In this document: positions 25,082 to 39,019 of the stretch, in pieces | Layout: each line of letters starts with the position of its first letter | Numbering within the stretch: position 1 is the stretch's first letter | Position numbers and translations under genes: made by a program | Notes under the pieces: generated by a model | What the model was told of the DNA's origin: nothing | The model's database searches: none | The model's input: the letters and a program-made list of their open reading frames with translations, nothing else | Assembly: GCF_006345805.1 (NCBI RefSeq) | Contig: NC_043008.1 | Location: 48,050,001-48,114,000, forward strand | Reading direction: 5' to 3' | From: Octopus sinensis | Lineage: Eukaryota | Length of the DNA stretch: 64,000 nt

Positions 25082-26099
25082 AACCAGCCTAGAGAAAAAG
25101 AAGAAACGAAACAAAACCAAACGAATCGAATTGAATCGACGCGAGGGCGCTCAGTCATACAATAGTGCAATAAATAAAATATATGCATACATACAAACAT
25201 ATATGTACGTACCTACATCTACATGTATATATACATGAATATATAAATAAATATACGTGTGTACAGGACAACACAAATAGACGTAGAACTCAACGAGAAA
25301 CGAAAAAGTAAAAACGGCATGGAACGGACCATTTTTTAACAACGAAAAAACAGAGTACAAGACAACTACACAAGGAAAAATCCCCTTCATCAGCTGTCAC
25401 TAGTTCAACTCCAGCGTGTTTCGAAGGTGAGGACAGAACACGTCTCCCCGAACTAGTTCTTCCTGCGAAAGAATTAAATAAAATTCCTTTGCAGAGGGGT
25501 AAAAACAAGGAAAAAATGTGACAAAAACAGGACGTAAAAACAATACAATTAAAAACAAATACAAAATAAAAAGACAATTACAAAAAATACAGTACAAGAA
25601 GGGGTAGAAACAGGACAGGAAAACAAATAATGAGGGCCTATAAGCCTAGACGAGGAAATTTTTTTTTCACGAGCGCAAGAAGAAACATGTTTACTCGAAG
25701 AAGGCTGCCAAGGAAAGGAAGTTCGTTGACCCGACTGTGAGAGAGATGAGGAGGAGTGAGAGAGAGAGAGATAGAGAGGAAGGAAGCCAAAGAGGGTGAA
25801 AGAAAGAGAGAAGAAGGAGTTATAGAGTTTCGCGTCATAATTATATATAAAAAAAACCAGCTTAGAGAAGAAGAAACGAAACGAAACCAAACGAATCGAA
25901 TCGAATCGACGCGAGGGCGCTCAGTCATACAATAGTGTAATAAATAAAATATATGCATACATACAAACATATATGTACGTACCTACAACTACATGTATAT
26001 ATACATGCATATATAAATATATATACGTGTGTACAGGACACCACAAATAGACGTAGAACTCAACGAGAAACGAAAAAGTAAAAACGGCATGGAACGGAC
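25082..26099 (-). mobile_element. Non-coding element with ~245-bp direct repeats (period ~770 bp) flanked by (TA)n; retrozyme/Penelope-like
   Basis: 25082-25329 is nearly identical to 25855-26099; hammerhead motifs lie in the unique middle part. Confidence 0.7.
25381..25460 (-). ncRNA. Putative hammerhead ribozyme with permuted (pseudoknotted) strand order
   Basis: CGUGU-U-CUGUC-CUCACCUUC-GAA-ACACG-16nt-GACAG-CUGAUGA-AGGGGA: stems I and III perfect 5 bp, stem II relies on G-U pairs. Confidence 0.5.
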
Positions 26100-26136
26100 A
26101 TATATATACACACACACACACACATATATATATATA

Positions 26137-26484
26137 CAGGGTTTTCCAAAAGTCACTGGTGAGTTTAAGTTTAACTTTACAAATAAATGCAATGTAATTT
26201 TGATACAATATAAAGGACATAATGGAAATTAAAATGCACAATTCAATATTTACAACACCCCCACATCACATATGAAAGATGACATCGCTTAAATGGCAGT
26301 CATTTTCGGCTACGCACGCCTGTGCGCTTTCCAAACCTTTCACTATAACACCCTCAAGAGTTTCAGACCCCACTTCTCTGATTTTTCTATTGATGTTCTC
26401 TTTCAGTTGCACCAGGTTCTCCGGTTTGTTGACGTAAACCCTCTCTTTCAGGTATCCCCACAAGAAAAAATCCGTGCTAGTCAA
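26137..26484 (-). mobile_element. IS630-Tc1-mariner transposon 3' end
   Basis: Minus ORF DFFLWGYLKERVYVNKPENLVQLKENI is the typical ITm C-terminal motif; TA-flanked terminus cagggttttccaaaagtcact. Confidence 0.8.
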
Positions 26485-27659
26485 GTCTGGTGGTAGTGGT
26501 AATGGTGGTGGTGGTGATGATGATAACGATGATGATGACGATGGCGATGATGACAGTGATAGTGATGTTTGTGGTGGTGATGGCGATGATGATGATGCTG
26601 GACACTAAATTACAACATAACAATACCTTGCTCCAGTTCTCTGTTCCCCGTAGTGAGAGCAAAATGAACGAAGGGTTTATTAGGCAGGTCCCCAAACTGC
26701 TTTGTGAAGGAGTCATAGAATGTTAGTCCTTCCCTCTGTTGCAGTCCTTACAGCTTTGGTTGTGTCTGGGAACCGCACAAGAATTAGCCAGGCGTAAAGG
26801 TTTATAACAAAACATTGATTGTTTTATACTGGAAACAAATTAACAGATTTTCTACGTTTTAAGCAATTTGAGACAAAATAACGACATGCCCAACAAGTGG
26901 AATCGAACCATACACCCCTCGCTTACTGAACAAACCTATTATTTAATGCATTATAGGGCCCTCGCTACCACCACTACTTTATCAAACTAAAACCTTATAT
27001 CTACTTGCATGCTATTTTTTAAAACTTTATCATTTGTTTACCTCCACAAGACAACTATTTACCGTAGCAAGACAGTTTACACTTCATACAGAAATGTTGT
27101 GGTTCACCATTTAGTCATGGACGGAAAAGCAGCGCCAATGACAATTTTGCCAGATCCGCCAAGACCAATAGAATTAAGGAAAGGAGCCACCCGCAAAGCA
27201 AGGGCCTCTTCTCAATGTTTGCTTAAGAGAACTCTGCTAAAAGTTCTCAAAGACCAGGTAGTGTTAAAGGTACCGAGAACCAGGTAATGGTATTAAAGAT
27301 CCCTAAGGGCCAGGAGGTTCAATGCTTAAACTATTCAGTCAATGCACCGCCCTAGATTTTATGTTTTATTTTATCGAAGCTGAAAGACTGTAAGAGAAAA
27401 GTGACTTCGGCTGAATTTGAACTGAAACTTCTGAGCCGGAAGCAGGTCTTCAAGGATTTTCGTGGAGACTTTGATATTTCTGCCAACACATCATGGTACT
27501 TCCATCCCTAATTCAAATGTTTACTGCAAAAAACGAAATCTCACGATCAAAATTATGAACGTATCAATGTAGAAGCCATTCATTCTAAAAAATTATATTA
27601 AGCAGTCAAAAAATTCGTGCTTTGAACGGCCATGTGTGTGTCTGAACTGGTGCTTATAC

Positions 27660-27870
27660 TAGCATTGGTTTCAAATTTTGGCACAAGGCCAGCAATTTCG
27701 GGGAATGGAGTAAAGCGGTTATATCGATCTCAGTGTTCAACAGGTGCTTATTTTATCGATCCCGAAAGGAAAAGTCAACGTCGGCAGAATTTGAACTCGG
27801 AGTATAAAGACGGAAAAACTGTCGCTAAGCATTTTGTCCGTCGTGCTTATGATTCTAGCAGCTCGCCATC
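27660..27870 (-). mobile_element. tRNA-derived SINE (Nin/Deu-like core)
   Basis: ttttatcgatcccgaaaggaaaagtcaacgtcggcagaatttgaactc matches 35833-36015 and 16673-16835. Confidence 0.75.
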
Positions 27871-28481
27871 TTTGGTGCCTACACTAATATTGTCTTATAT
27901 TTAGATTGGGTGGTGGGATGTAGGAGCACATGTGGTTAAATAATCTATATTCAATATCAATTAATATTATTTGAGAGCCGACTGTCTACCTTTTCTGTGA
28001 CATCCAATGACATCCAAGTATAATTGTCCAAATGGGGAATATGGAACGAGGAAGTGGAAGTGTGTGGGGGGGGAGCGATTGTGTAAAAGCCATAAATGTA
28101 TAACATGGGAGAGAGACAGAAAGACAGAAAGAGAGGGAGACAGAGAAGGAGAGAGAGAGAGAAGTTAGTGTTTGCAAACACATTCAAGAACAAAGACGTT
28201 GTTTAAAATAAAAAAAAAGGGAAAAAACTATAGAAGTTAAGCAACAAACAAAAACTAGTTATCTTCGAATCAATTTTCTGCTGCAGATGTCGAATATTTT
28301 CGTATAAGTTATGCTGAAGTTATTCATATTTTCTTTCAGCCAACTTCTATATCGAATTTGTCGATGGCGTCAGGGGCAACATTTTGCTTGTCTCTTTGCA
28401 AAAAAATAATCATATTATATTATTTTAGAACAAAACTATATGAGAACAAAATTTCCTATACTCTTCATACATATATTACAT

Positions 28482-28502
28482 GAGAGAGAGAGAGAGTGTG
28501 TA

Positions 28503-28592
<90 letters not shown>
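28482..28592. repeat. (GA)n/(GT)n microsatellite
   Basis: Direct reading. Confidence 0.95.
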
Positions 28593-28594
<2 letters not shown>

Positions 28595-29692
28595 TCGTTC
28601 GTTTTTCAGTAGCGTTTTGCTTTTATCTTTCTGCAACGGTGTTAAACTCTTGCACAAGACCAATTACGAAAGGTTATGATGTAACATTAAAACCAAAAAC
28701 AGACAACGCAAAATATAATAAATAATAAATATAAGACGAAATATATTTTATATTTCTCATTCGACAATAAATTTCTAAGATATTTTTCTCGGAGGGGCTT
28801 CGAACCTAATTCAATCAACAAGTAAAATAGCAGATATTTTTTTTATCTTTTGCACACAATTTCAGGAGTAAATTTAATGAAATGACATAAGGAACATTCT
28901 CACGGGAATATAAAATTTCATAAATAAATAATAATACGAAATCGGAAACAATAAACGTAAGGAATATAGGAATAAAAGTTTAACAGCAAAACAGGTGTGA
29001 CGTGAACAGCGGTGGTAATTATAGATGTAGTAAAACAGTTGGTGTGTTGGTATGTTCCTGTAATTATATTATTGTAGGTATGCGTCTATATATTTCCGTA
29101 TTTGCGTGTGTGTAGAGAGAGAGACAGAGAGAGACAGAGACAGAGACAGACAGAGAGAGAGACAGAGACAGACAGAGACAGAGACAGACAGAGAGAGAGA
29201 GAGAGAGAGAATAGATTGATAAGGAGATAAATAAATAGACAAATGGATACATAGATAGATAAATAGATATGTATGTGTATATATACATATATACATATAT
29301 ATACATATATATATATATACATATATACATATACATATATATATACACACGTATTATATATATATAAATATATATACATATATATACAGACGTATTATAT
29401 ATATATTCGTGTGAATTGTGTATGCATGTATGTTTGTACTTGTGTCAAAAAATGCATGAATACATAGATATGTATGTGTTCATGTATTTTTCGACACACC
29501 GCATAAAAATATATTTTATAGTCAAAGAAAGCATACGTAGTTCTATGATTTGTACTGATACACAACTAAATGTGTGTCTGCGTGTGTCTGTGTAATATTT
29601 ATATATATATATATGTGTGTGCGCGTGTGTGTGTGTGTTTACTTATGTGAATATATATATGTATACACATACGCACACGTACATGCATACGT

Positions 29693-29748
<56 letters not shown>

Positions 29749-29810
29749 TATATATAGATATATAGATAGATAGATAGATAGATATATAGATAGATAGATA
29801 CATATAAGTA

Positions 29811-29868
<58 letters not shown>

Positions 29869-30251
29869 GCTTTTTTGTGTTTAGTGAAATCGACATTAAT
29901 AGATGTCAATTAAATTATCTCGAAAGAAGCGATGAAAAAAAGACATGAAAAGCTGTGAGAGGAGAGAAGCCAGAGAGAAACTTATTTGGTTGTGGAAGAA
30001 TTAATCAGAGAAACGCTACCAAAAAGAAGGTTTCCAGAGGAAATTCTCACCTTCGCATGCACAGAATCGCTTTGCATTTTATCACCCGCATCTTCTTCAT
30101 TTTATAAGCATTAATCTGTGAATCCTAAGACAAGCTCAACTATTTCCCTACAGAATTAGTAAGGTGTTTACACCTCGCATCAGATAACGTCATGCACAGA
30201 GTCTACAAATGGAACACTACTTTCTATTTTACCTTTTTTTATTCTTGCTGC

Positions 30252-30288
<37 letters not shown>

Positions 30289-30493
30289 GTTGTTGTTCTT
30301 GTTGTTGTTCTTGTTGTTCTTGTTCTTGTTCTTGTTTTTGCTATGTATTATTTTGCAGTGACAATAGCAATTAGTTTCTTGTACCAGCTTACATATGTAT
30401 ATATATATACACATATATATGATGGGTGCGACTGTGTGTATGTGTGTAGGTATGTGTGTATATGTATACAGATAAATATGTATATATATATAC

Positions 30494-30557
<64 letters not shown>

Positions 30558-30564
30558 TATATAT

Positions 30565-30640
<76 letters not shown>

Positions 30641-30672
30641 AATATATATATAATATATATATATATGTAAAT

Positions 30673-30904
30673 AGGCGGCGAGCTGGCAGAAACGTTAGCG
30701 CGCCGGGCGAAATGCGTAGCCGTATTTCATCTGTCGTTACGTTCCGAGTTCTAATTCCGCCGAGGTCGACTTTGCCTTTCATCCTTTCGGGGTCGATAAA
30801 TTAAGTACCAGTTACGCACTGGGGTCGATGTAATCGACTTAATCCGTTTGTCTGTCCTTGTTTGTCCCCTCTGTGTTTAGCTCCTTGTGGGTAGTAAAGA
30901 AATA
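30673..30904 (+). mobile_element. Full-length tRNA-derived SINE (Nin/Deu-like core)
   Basis: Head aggcggcgagctggcagaaacgttagc, B-box-like gagttctaattcc, core gtcgactttgcctttcatcctttcggggtcgataaattaagtacc. Confidence 0.9.
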
Positions 30905-31082
30905 TATATATATATATAAATATATATATATATACATACATATATTTATATTTGTGTATCAATATATATATATATATGTGTATATAAGTATATATATGTA
31001 TATATATACATATATCTACATATATATATACATATGTTATATGTATATATACACACATATATATATATATATATATAATATT

Positions 31083-31119
<37 letters not shown>

Positions 31120-31394
31120 TATTATTATTATCATTAACAAAAGGTAAAAGTAATAACTTAGACCTAAGTAGTGAATGGTGTAGAACAGGTTGTTTGTTCA
31201 TTCCCGTTGTGGAACTTTCAAGACTAGTGTTGTTTCCTTGTTCTGGAAATTCTTCCTCGGAGGAATTCTTCGGAGAAAGAAACATGACAAGACTTTCAAG
31301 TACCAAAATCTGAAGAAATGAACAATTGTGCGCATGTGTATGTTCATGTGTGTTTGTGTGTGTGTATGTTCATTCATATTTGTATGTATTGTTA

Positions 31395-31545
31395 TGTGTT
31401 TACGTAGCGGTTCGACAAAAGAACCCGATATAATAAGTACCAGGCTTAAGAAAAAAAGTCCTGGCGTTGACTCATTGAACTCAAAATTCTTCAAAGCGGT
31501 GCCCCAGCATGGCCGCAGTGTAATAACTGAAACGCGTAAAATAAG
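31395..31545 (+). mobile_element. CORE-like SINE 3' part
   Basis: gcggtgccccagcatggccgcag...actgaaac matches the reverse complement of 58232-58400. Confidence 0.65.
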
Positions 31546-32223
31546 AAAGAGGACACGTAGACGTGTCACGTGTTTCGTTTTGGCCGAAACTCGAACCCAG
31601 CATCGTCTCTGAGCTGTTGCCAATTTATATAAAGTAATTAACGCAGCACATTCTGAATATTGGGTAACATTTTTATCTCATGGATTATCCTCTTTCATTT
31701 TCCGTCTCTATATTGAATATTGGAACAGATTAGATTCGGATTTAAATGACGATCGTTCATCTGCAAAGAATTTCGACAATATTCACGTTGAACCGGAGGG
31801 CGAACGTCAAGTCGGCCACAAAATTACATCACAGATTTTCATCCACAGTAATAGCATTAAAACAGTATTTCAATGAAGCAGCTTTTCCAAACAGCATTGT
31901 GCCAAGAATTTTACCATCGTATTAAAACTAAATCGATCACAGATGATACGGCAACAAAATACTTTACAATCAGCAAAGTTTGCCATGGAAAATCTATTGA
32001 CTGTGTGTATGGCTGTCTGTCTTTCTGTCTGCAAGCTTAGGTGGTAGATTTAATACAACACACACACACACACAATCACACAAATACACACATTCACATG
32101 CAAATATGCACATAAATATGTATATGTATATATATATGTGTGTGTGTGTGTGTGTCTGTGTGTGTGTGTCTGTGCCTGTGTCTGTGTGTATATATATGTA
32201 TATATATACACATATGCATATAC

Positions 32224-32293
<70 letters not shown>

Positions 32294-32864
32294 TGTATGT
32301 ATGTGTATATGTGTATATATATCCATATATATATATATATATACATGAGGGGATGTATGTGTATGTGTAGGGCGGGGGTAAAGTCAAGGGTTTCCTTTTT
32401 TATGTTCTATGGGGAGTTAGAGAAATCGTAGCGATTTACAAGTTAGTTTCCCTCCAATAATATATTCCAATACAATATGTTGATTTTCGTATTCGTTGTT
32501 TTTGCTTTCGACTTCTTTCAGCTGCTAAACTGCATTAAACGAGCATTAAAACAGTAAGACGTCAATTCATTGCATTATACGATCAGTGGAGCATTTGAAA
32601 AACTGGTTTATCGTTCAATTGCATTAAATGAACACCGGAGCATCGGTAAATTACATTAAACGAGCGGTTGAGGGTCCCTACATAATATTATATGTAGATT
32701 GGCAAACTGGAATGTCGCTCTATTACATTGGCAAGACGCTATATTGTGTTAGAGGAACACCGTAACGTTGAGAGATATTACTAAATTACATGATACAGAG
32801 ATAATCTTTGCGAAGGTATCACTACGTTACACATTAGATAACCACCCGGAATACGGAGAATAAT

Positions 32865-32886
32865 GATGATAATAATAATAATAATA

Positions 32887-32933
<47 letters not shown>

Positions 32934-32934
32934 G

Positions 32935-33014
<80 letters not shown>

Positions 33015-33035
33015 GTGATGATGATGATGATGATG

Positions 33036-33093
<58 letters not shown>
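32865..33093. repeat. Compound (AAT)n/(GAT)n array with a duplicated block structure
   Basis: Direct reading: AATn-GGT-GATn-AATn-GGT-GATn-AATn. Confidence 0.95.
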
Positions 33094-33095
<2 letters not shown>

Positions 33096-33694
33096 CAATT
33101 GTGTTGTTGCTCCTCTTGTTACTACTAAACCACCTAACATACAAAAAAAACTTTCAGGTTGCTCCAACATTTTATGCGAAAATATTTCCATCTTTTCAAT
33201 TGTAATGAAGATATTTAACTCAGATTTGAACTCAGAATGTTAACAAGGAGGGGAAGGGGTGATCAATGGCCCCGAGTCCATGATATGTTATATTTTATCG
33301 ATATCGGCCTGATTTCAACTCGAAATGTGGAGACAAAATTTTGCTATAATGGATTCTTGCTTTGATGCCGATTTATAAATGTTCGGTTTATGTGATTCAT
33401 GGAACAACCTTTTCAATTCTTTATACTGTAACTGGCAGAGTATCCCGTACACACCAGTAATCTCTGGAGAGAATTAGAGTAACACTCCTCATCTAGGCTA
33501 GGCCTTCCAATCTCACATTTCATCCAACAGGTTTCTGCACATTTCTTTCCCCCCAATTACCTTCATATGGTTTCAATAGAGGGGACATGTCCAAGGGAAG
33601 ATACACTAAGATTGAAACCGAGACGTCATCATTGTGAACCGAAATCTTTGACTACATACCATTTCTTATAAGGATTTCTGATTAATGCAAGAGG

Positions 33695-33863
33695 AGGAGT
33701 TAGTCCATGATATCGATTCCAGTACTTGGCTGGTACTTCATCGACCTCGGAGGAATAAAAGGAAAAGTTAAGCCTGGCGGAATGTGAACTCAGAATGCAG
33801 AGAGCCGGTAATAACACTGGAAAGCAAGTTTTCCGGCAATCCAAATCTGCTGAGTCATCGCCT
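33695..33863 (-). mobile_element. Degenerate SINE (Nin/Deu-like core)
   Basis: ctggtacttcatcgacctcggaggaataaaaggaaaagttaagcctggcggaatgtgaactcagaa. Confidence 0.65.
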
Positions 33864-35529
33864 TCATTTCATTTAGTATAAGGATGAAAACGAGACATCT
33901 AGTCTAACAATCTAATGTTTCTGTCACACCATTCCTTAGTTTTCGAGGAAATATTGGTAAAATAGTATAAACTTGTCAGAAAATACTAGAGATAACTGAA
34001 TCAAATCAATAACTATATCATTAGTTGCATTGCTTTTATCGATCCTTTGGGAATAGATGTCAGTTTGAACTCTGAACGTAGTAAAACGAAACTAAACCTG
34101 TGAGGTATTTACTTTGACACTGTACCGTTTCTTCTATTCGACACCATGTTCTTCCGAAGATATTTTTTGAAAAGTATATGATTACTAACTTTGTTACAAC
34201 ATCACAAAGTTGATTTGAGAGAGAAGTCAATTGAGATGACATTTTATCGATCTTGTGACTGATAAAGAAAGAAACAATAGCGACCTCGGCAGAATATGAA
34301 CTCAGATCACAAAACGATGTCACGAAATATCGTCTGCCGTTTAATCCATCACGTGACACCCTCTGCTACTTTGTTATAGTCATGTTGTAAACAAGCATAT
34401 TTTATGGTATTTTTCCTGCTCTGATAAATAGTTTTATTTAAAAGACCACTCTAACCTCAGGACCCTGATAATATGGAAACTGTCTTATCAACATTTTTAT
34501 GCTATTTTTTTTTTATTTATTTTCCCTTCATTCTATGAATTTTTTGCTGTAATTTCGCTGAGACATTTTACCTCATAAACATGGCAGCTGTCAACACTTA
34601 TCGAGTGAATACGAATACAAAGCGTTAGCCACACACGGCGCTGAAATTTAAACAGTTGAGGTTAAAAATACTGGCGATCTTTTCAGAGGTCAGTTACGAT
34701 AGAACAAATACTGCGACGACTCTAATATATTCACGTCATTTTACCACCGGCAATATTAATACTCCTGCCATCATTATTGTCATTAAACATCCTCCTGAAG
34801 CTATCAACTATCAAATACAGATTCATAGAGCTTGTGTTCAAATCTTGTTAAAAACTTCTCGAGATGTCTACAGTCAAGGGACGTAATACTGTTTGTTACA
34901 TTCATCGTTTTTAGAAAGTATAGGAAACAGGGCCTTCTCGTAGAGTGAAATGAAGTAGATTTGGTACCTACAAAAGGATATTTCGTCTTACCCACGTAAT
35001 GTTACGGATTATGCCCAAAACTTATTAAATACTTTTTGATGGTGTTGTGGCAATTTTTAAAAATACAGATGAGATTGCATGAGTCAAACGGTCACCAGTC
35101 GTAGCCAATGACCACTGGTATTGCCATGTGGTCATAGCTAAAAGCACCATTACAGACCGTTACTATATAAAGTTTATAAAGGAGGTTATAGATGATCTCT
35201 TAAAACAGGAACAGGAGAGTGAAAGAAATAATGGACTGGTTGATTTGTTATTTGTAGAACCGAGTTTCAAGTTTACATACGGAAATACACACTCTCTCTT
35301 TCTCTCTCTCTCTTCTTCTCTCTTTCTCTCTCTTCCTCTCTCTCTCTCTCCCTCCCTCTCTCTCTCTCTCTCTCTCTCTAACAATTATTTTATCAAAATA
35401 ATTTATAACTACAAAAGGTGTTTGAAACCAAAATCTTTGAATTCAGAAATAAAATAATTTGCCGACAGACATAGGTCTGTTCAGAAATAACGTCAGAAAT
35501 AATGTAGACAAATTTCGAATACTTACGGA

Positions 35530-35706
35530 GGCACAAGGCGTCAGCAGTGAAGGATCGATAGAGCCGATTCGATCAATGCCATGACTTGACTGGTCTTGTT
35601 TTTATCAGCACCGATGAGAAGAAACGTAAAGTTAGGCCTCAGCGGGATTTGAACTCAGAATATAAAAAAAACACAACTAAATACTGCTAGGCATTTTACC
35701 GACGTG
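35530..35706 (-). mobile_element. Degenerate SINE (Nin/Deu-like core)
   Basis: aaagttaggcctcagcgggatttgaactcagaa...ctaggcattttaccgacg. Confidence 0.6.
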
Positions 35707-35755
35707 ATGATAATAATAATAATGATAACTACTATAGTTATTATTATCATTATTA

Positions 35756-35813
<58 letters not shown>

Positions 35814-35832
35814 CATTATTGTTGTTATTATT

Positions 35833-36015
35833 ATTTCTACTATAAGCACAATGCCTGGAATTTTGGGGGAGGGGACCAGTCGATTATATTGACCCCAGTA
35901 CTCAACTGGTACTTATTTTATCGACCCCGAAAGGATGAAAGGCAAAGTCGACCTCAGCGGAATTTGATGTCACAGCGTGAAGACGGGCGAAATGGCGCAA
36001 ACCATTCTACCAGCA
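35833..36015 (-). mobile_element. tRNA-derived SINE (Nin/Deu-like core)
   Basis: ctggtacttattttatcgaccccgaaaggatgaaaggcaaagtcgacctcagcggaatttga. Confidence 0.8.
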
Positions 36016-36981
36016 ATGGTTTCTGAGAAAGCACAAGACACAAATTTGTGGTTAGACGTTAGTGGATAATTGACTCCTAAGAACTATAGTCAAGGCGAGA
36101 TGTTCTCGGATGGAACGCCCTTATTCGTGGATAGAGTAATTTTAGTCATCCTCACAGTCTATGATCATAAATCTACATGAAGACTTATAAGGGAGGTAAA
36201 TAGGCAATGGCACCAACCCAACAGACTTGACATTTGGCGCATGCGCCTGAATTCGTAAAATTCTTTATTTGTCAGGCAGATACGGAACCTTGGAAACGCA
36301 GACACATTTCAGTTTAGCAATAAAGTCCGTCGTTGAGTTAATAATAGTTTATTTATTAGCAGGGATAATTCCAACGAATCTGTACAGGATTTATAGATAA
36401 TCCAGCGTATCTTTTGTCGCCATCGATCAACGGAAATGTCAAAGGTTAAGAGGAACAGCAAGTTTAAAATGGAAGCTGGTATTAACCAATATTGATTGCG
36501 AGATTGCTGATTTTGCAAGTGTTTTATCGATTACGTGAAGCGTTTGATCAGATTATCTTTATACAGGTTTTAACTGATCAAATTGTGTTTACAAAAACAG
36601 AAAAATATTTACAAATCAACAACCTAAGTAGATTTATACGGAAGCATTTTTTTTATTATTGTTTTATGTATTTTTCCCCCTTTTCTTTCGTTGAAATATT
36701 TATAAATTCAATATGGCTATCCTTTATGTTAAAGACGGTAAAGGGGAGCGGGAAATGGGACTGGGTGGGGGGAAGAGGAGAGGGAAGAGAGGACAGGCGA
36801 CAGGCGACAGGGTAGAGAGTCGAGGGTAGAGCGCTATGCAACAACTGTTTCACCTTCAAGTTCTTCCCAAATATATCTCTGTATTTGCTTCTGTTTATTT
36901 CACAGTTTAAAATGTTGTTCCTCTTGTGATGGCAGCTACTGTTTTTTTCAAAAGAACTACCATTGATATTACTATATTCTC

Positions 36982-37026
<45 letters not shown>

Positions 37027-37165
37027 TGTTGTTGCTGCTGCTGCTGCCGCTACTGCTGCTACTGCTAATATTATATTCCAAGTTTGCCACTAGACTGACA
37101 TAGAATTTTACTCAGCATTACACACACACACGCACATGCACACACACACACACACACACACACAC

Positions 37166-37211
<46 letters not shown>

Positions 37212-37743
37212 CACACAATATCGATGTCCAACTGATCGCAGAAACATCACGTAATCGGAGCAGCGATGTTTCAGACTTTAAACTTTCTTAAAACTGACAA
37301 GTACTTTTCTTTTTCGTTTCTTTTTCGTTTCTTTTTCGTTTCTTTTTTCTTTTCCTTTTCTTAAAACATTCGTCTTCGCTTTCTTTCTTTTTTTTTCCTT
37401 TTCTTAAAACATTCGTCTTCGCTTTCTTTCTTTTTTTTTCCTTTTTACACTTCAGCTGTTTTCCTCCTTCCTCCTTTTCTTTCTTGTTTTCTTTCAGCCT
37501 CTTTCTTTATTCTTTCCTTCGTTTCCATCATTTTCATTCGTTCGTGTGTTTGTTTTTCAATGTATTTATCTGTTTATTTAATTATTTTTATTTTTTTTTG
37601 TTTTGTCTTTCATTTCACAAGAAAGAAGTATTACATGTTATCAATAATCGATTCTCAGAGCAGCAGCCATTCTCCCAAGGAACTCCGAACCAAATCATTA
37701 CTTCGCCATCGTCACCATCATCATCACCATCATCACCATCATC

Positions 37744-37775
<32 letters not shown>

Positions 37776-38016
37776 CATCATCATCGACCTGCTCCACTGA
37801 AAAAAGACACACGGTCCTACACATGCATACATACACACACACACATACACACACATACACAACACACGCACACTCACGCACACTCTCCATTGTAAACACC
37901 TGTTTATACGCACACATTTACGCACACAGACATGCTTATACACAATGATGTTTGTATAAACACACACACACGAAGATTCACACATATTTCCATGCACACA
38001 CATATCTGCACGTACG

Positions 38017-38047
<31 letters not shown>

Positions 38048-38633
38048 TATACACGTAAAAACACACGCCGTCATCGTCTTGCGCATGTGCGTACATCAAA
38101 TAAACACATGATGCAGAAGCAGTTACTGGCTGCCCACATGCACAGACTCCATGTTCCATTCACATACAAGCACACATACACACATATGCATTAGCACATA
38201 TACACACATTCACATACACAGATATACCTAAACACCCACACCGCCAAGACTAGTCGACACCCATAAAATGAGTGTGAAAACATAAATGGAAGCCGAAACG
38301 AAAAACCGAAAAAAAAAAATCTTGAAAGGAAATTCTTTCTCTACTTGTAAAAGAGGAGGTCATGAGGAATAAAACTGCCGAAGACTTCGTTTTTGTGTAA
38401 TGAATCAATTTACAAGAGAATAATACAATGAGACGAATTCTCTGATCTTTCAGACAAAAATCTCATAGAATGGATGATACAGTGCATCGCCTTTTGTGTA
38501 GCACGAACTCGTGACATAATATCGACAAACTGGTGCCGTATCGACTTGGCCACCTGTAGCTTTCGTTCTTGTTGGTGAATACTAAAGTAACGAAATGTTG
38601 GAAGGGTTAAGATATGTGATCAGCTACTAATAA

Positions 38634-38735
38634 TAGGTGCAGGCTTGCTTCCCAATCACACGATTCCGGGTTCAGGCCCAATGAGCGGCAACTTGAACGA
38701 GTGTCTTCTACTATCGCCGCGGGCCGACCAAAGCC

Positions 38736-38785
<50 letters not shown>

Positions 38786-39019
38786 TGTGTGTGGTGTGTG
38801 TGTGTGTGCGTTTGACCCCGCCACCGCTTGACCACCGGTGTTGGTGTGTTTACGGCCCTGTAATTTATAGGGTCCGGCAAAAGAGACCGATAGAATAAGT
38901 GTAGGGCTGAAAGAAAAAAATAAGTAGTGGGGTCGATTCATTGTGCTAAAGAAATTCTTCAAGGCGCTGCCCCAGCGTGGGCGCAGTCTGATGACTGGAA
39001 CAAGTAAAAGATAGAAGAA
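38634..39019 (+). mobile_element. Near full-length CORE-like SINE with internal (GT)n
   Basis: Reverse complement of 58232-58629 (gtgtcttctactat...gggccgaccaaagccttgtg...aagagaccgatagaataagt). Confidence 0.8.
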
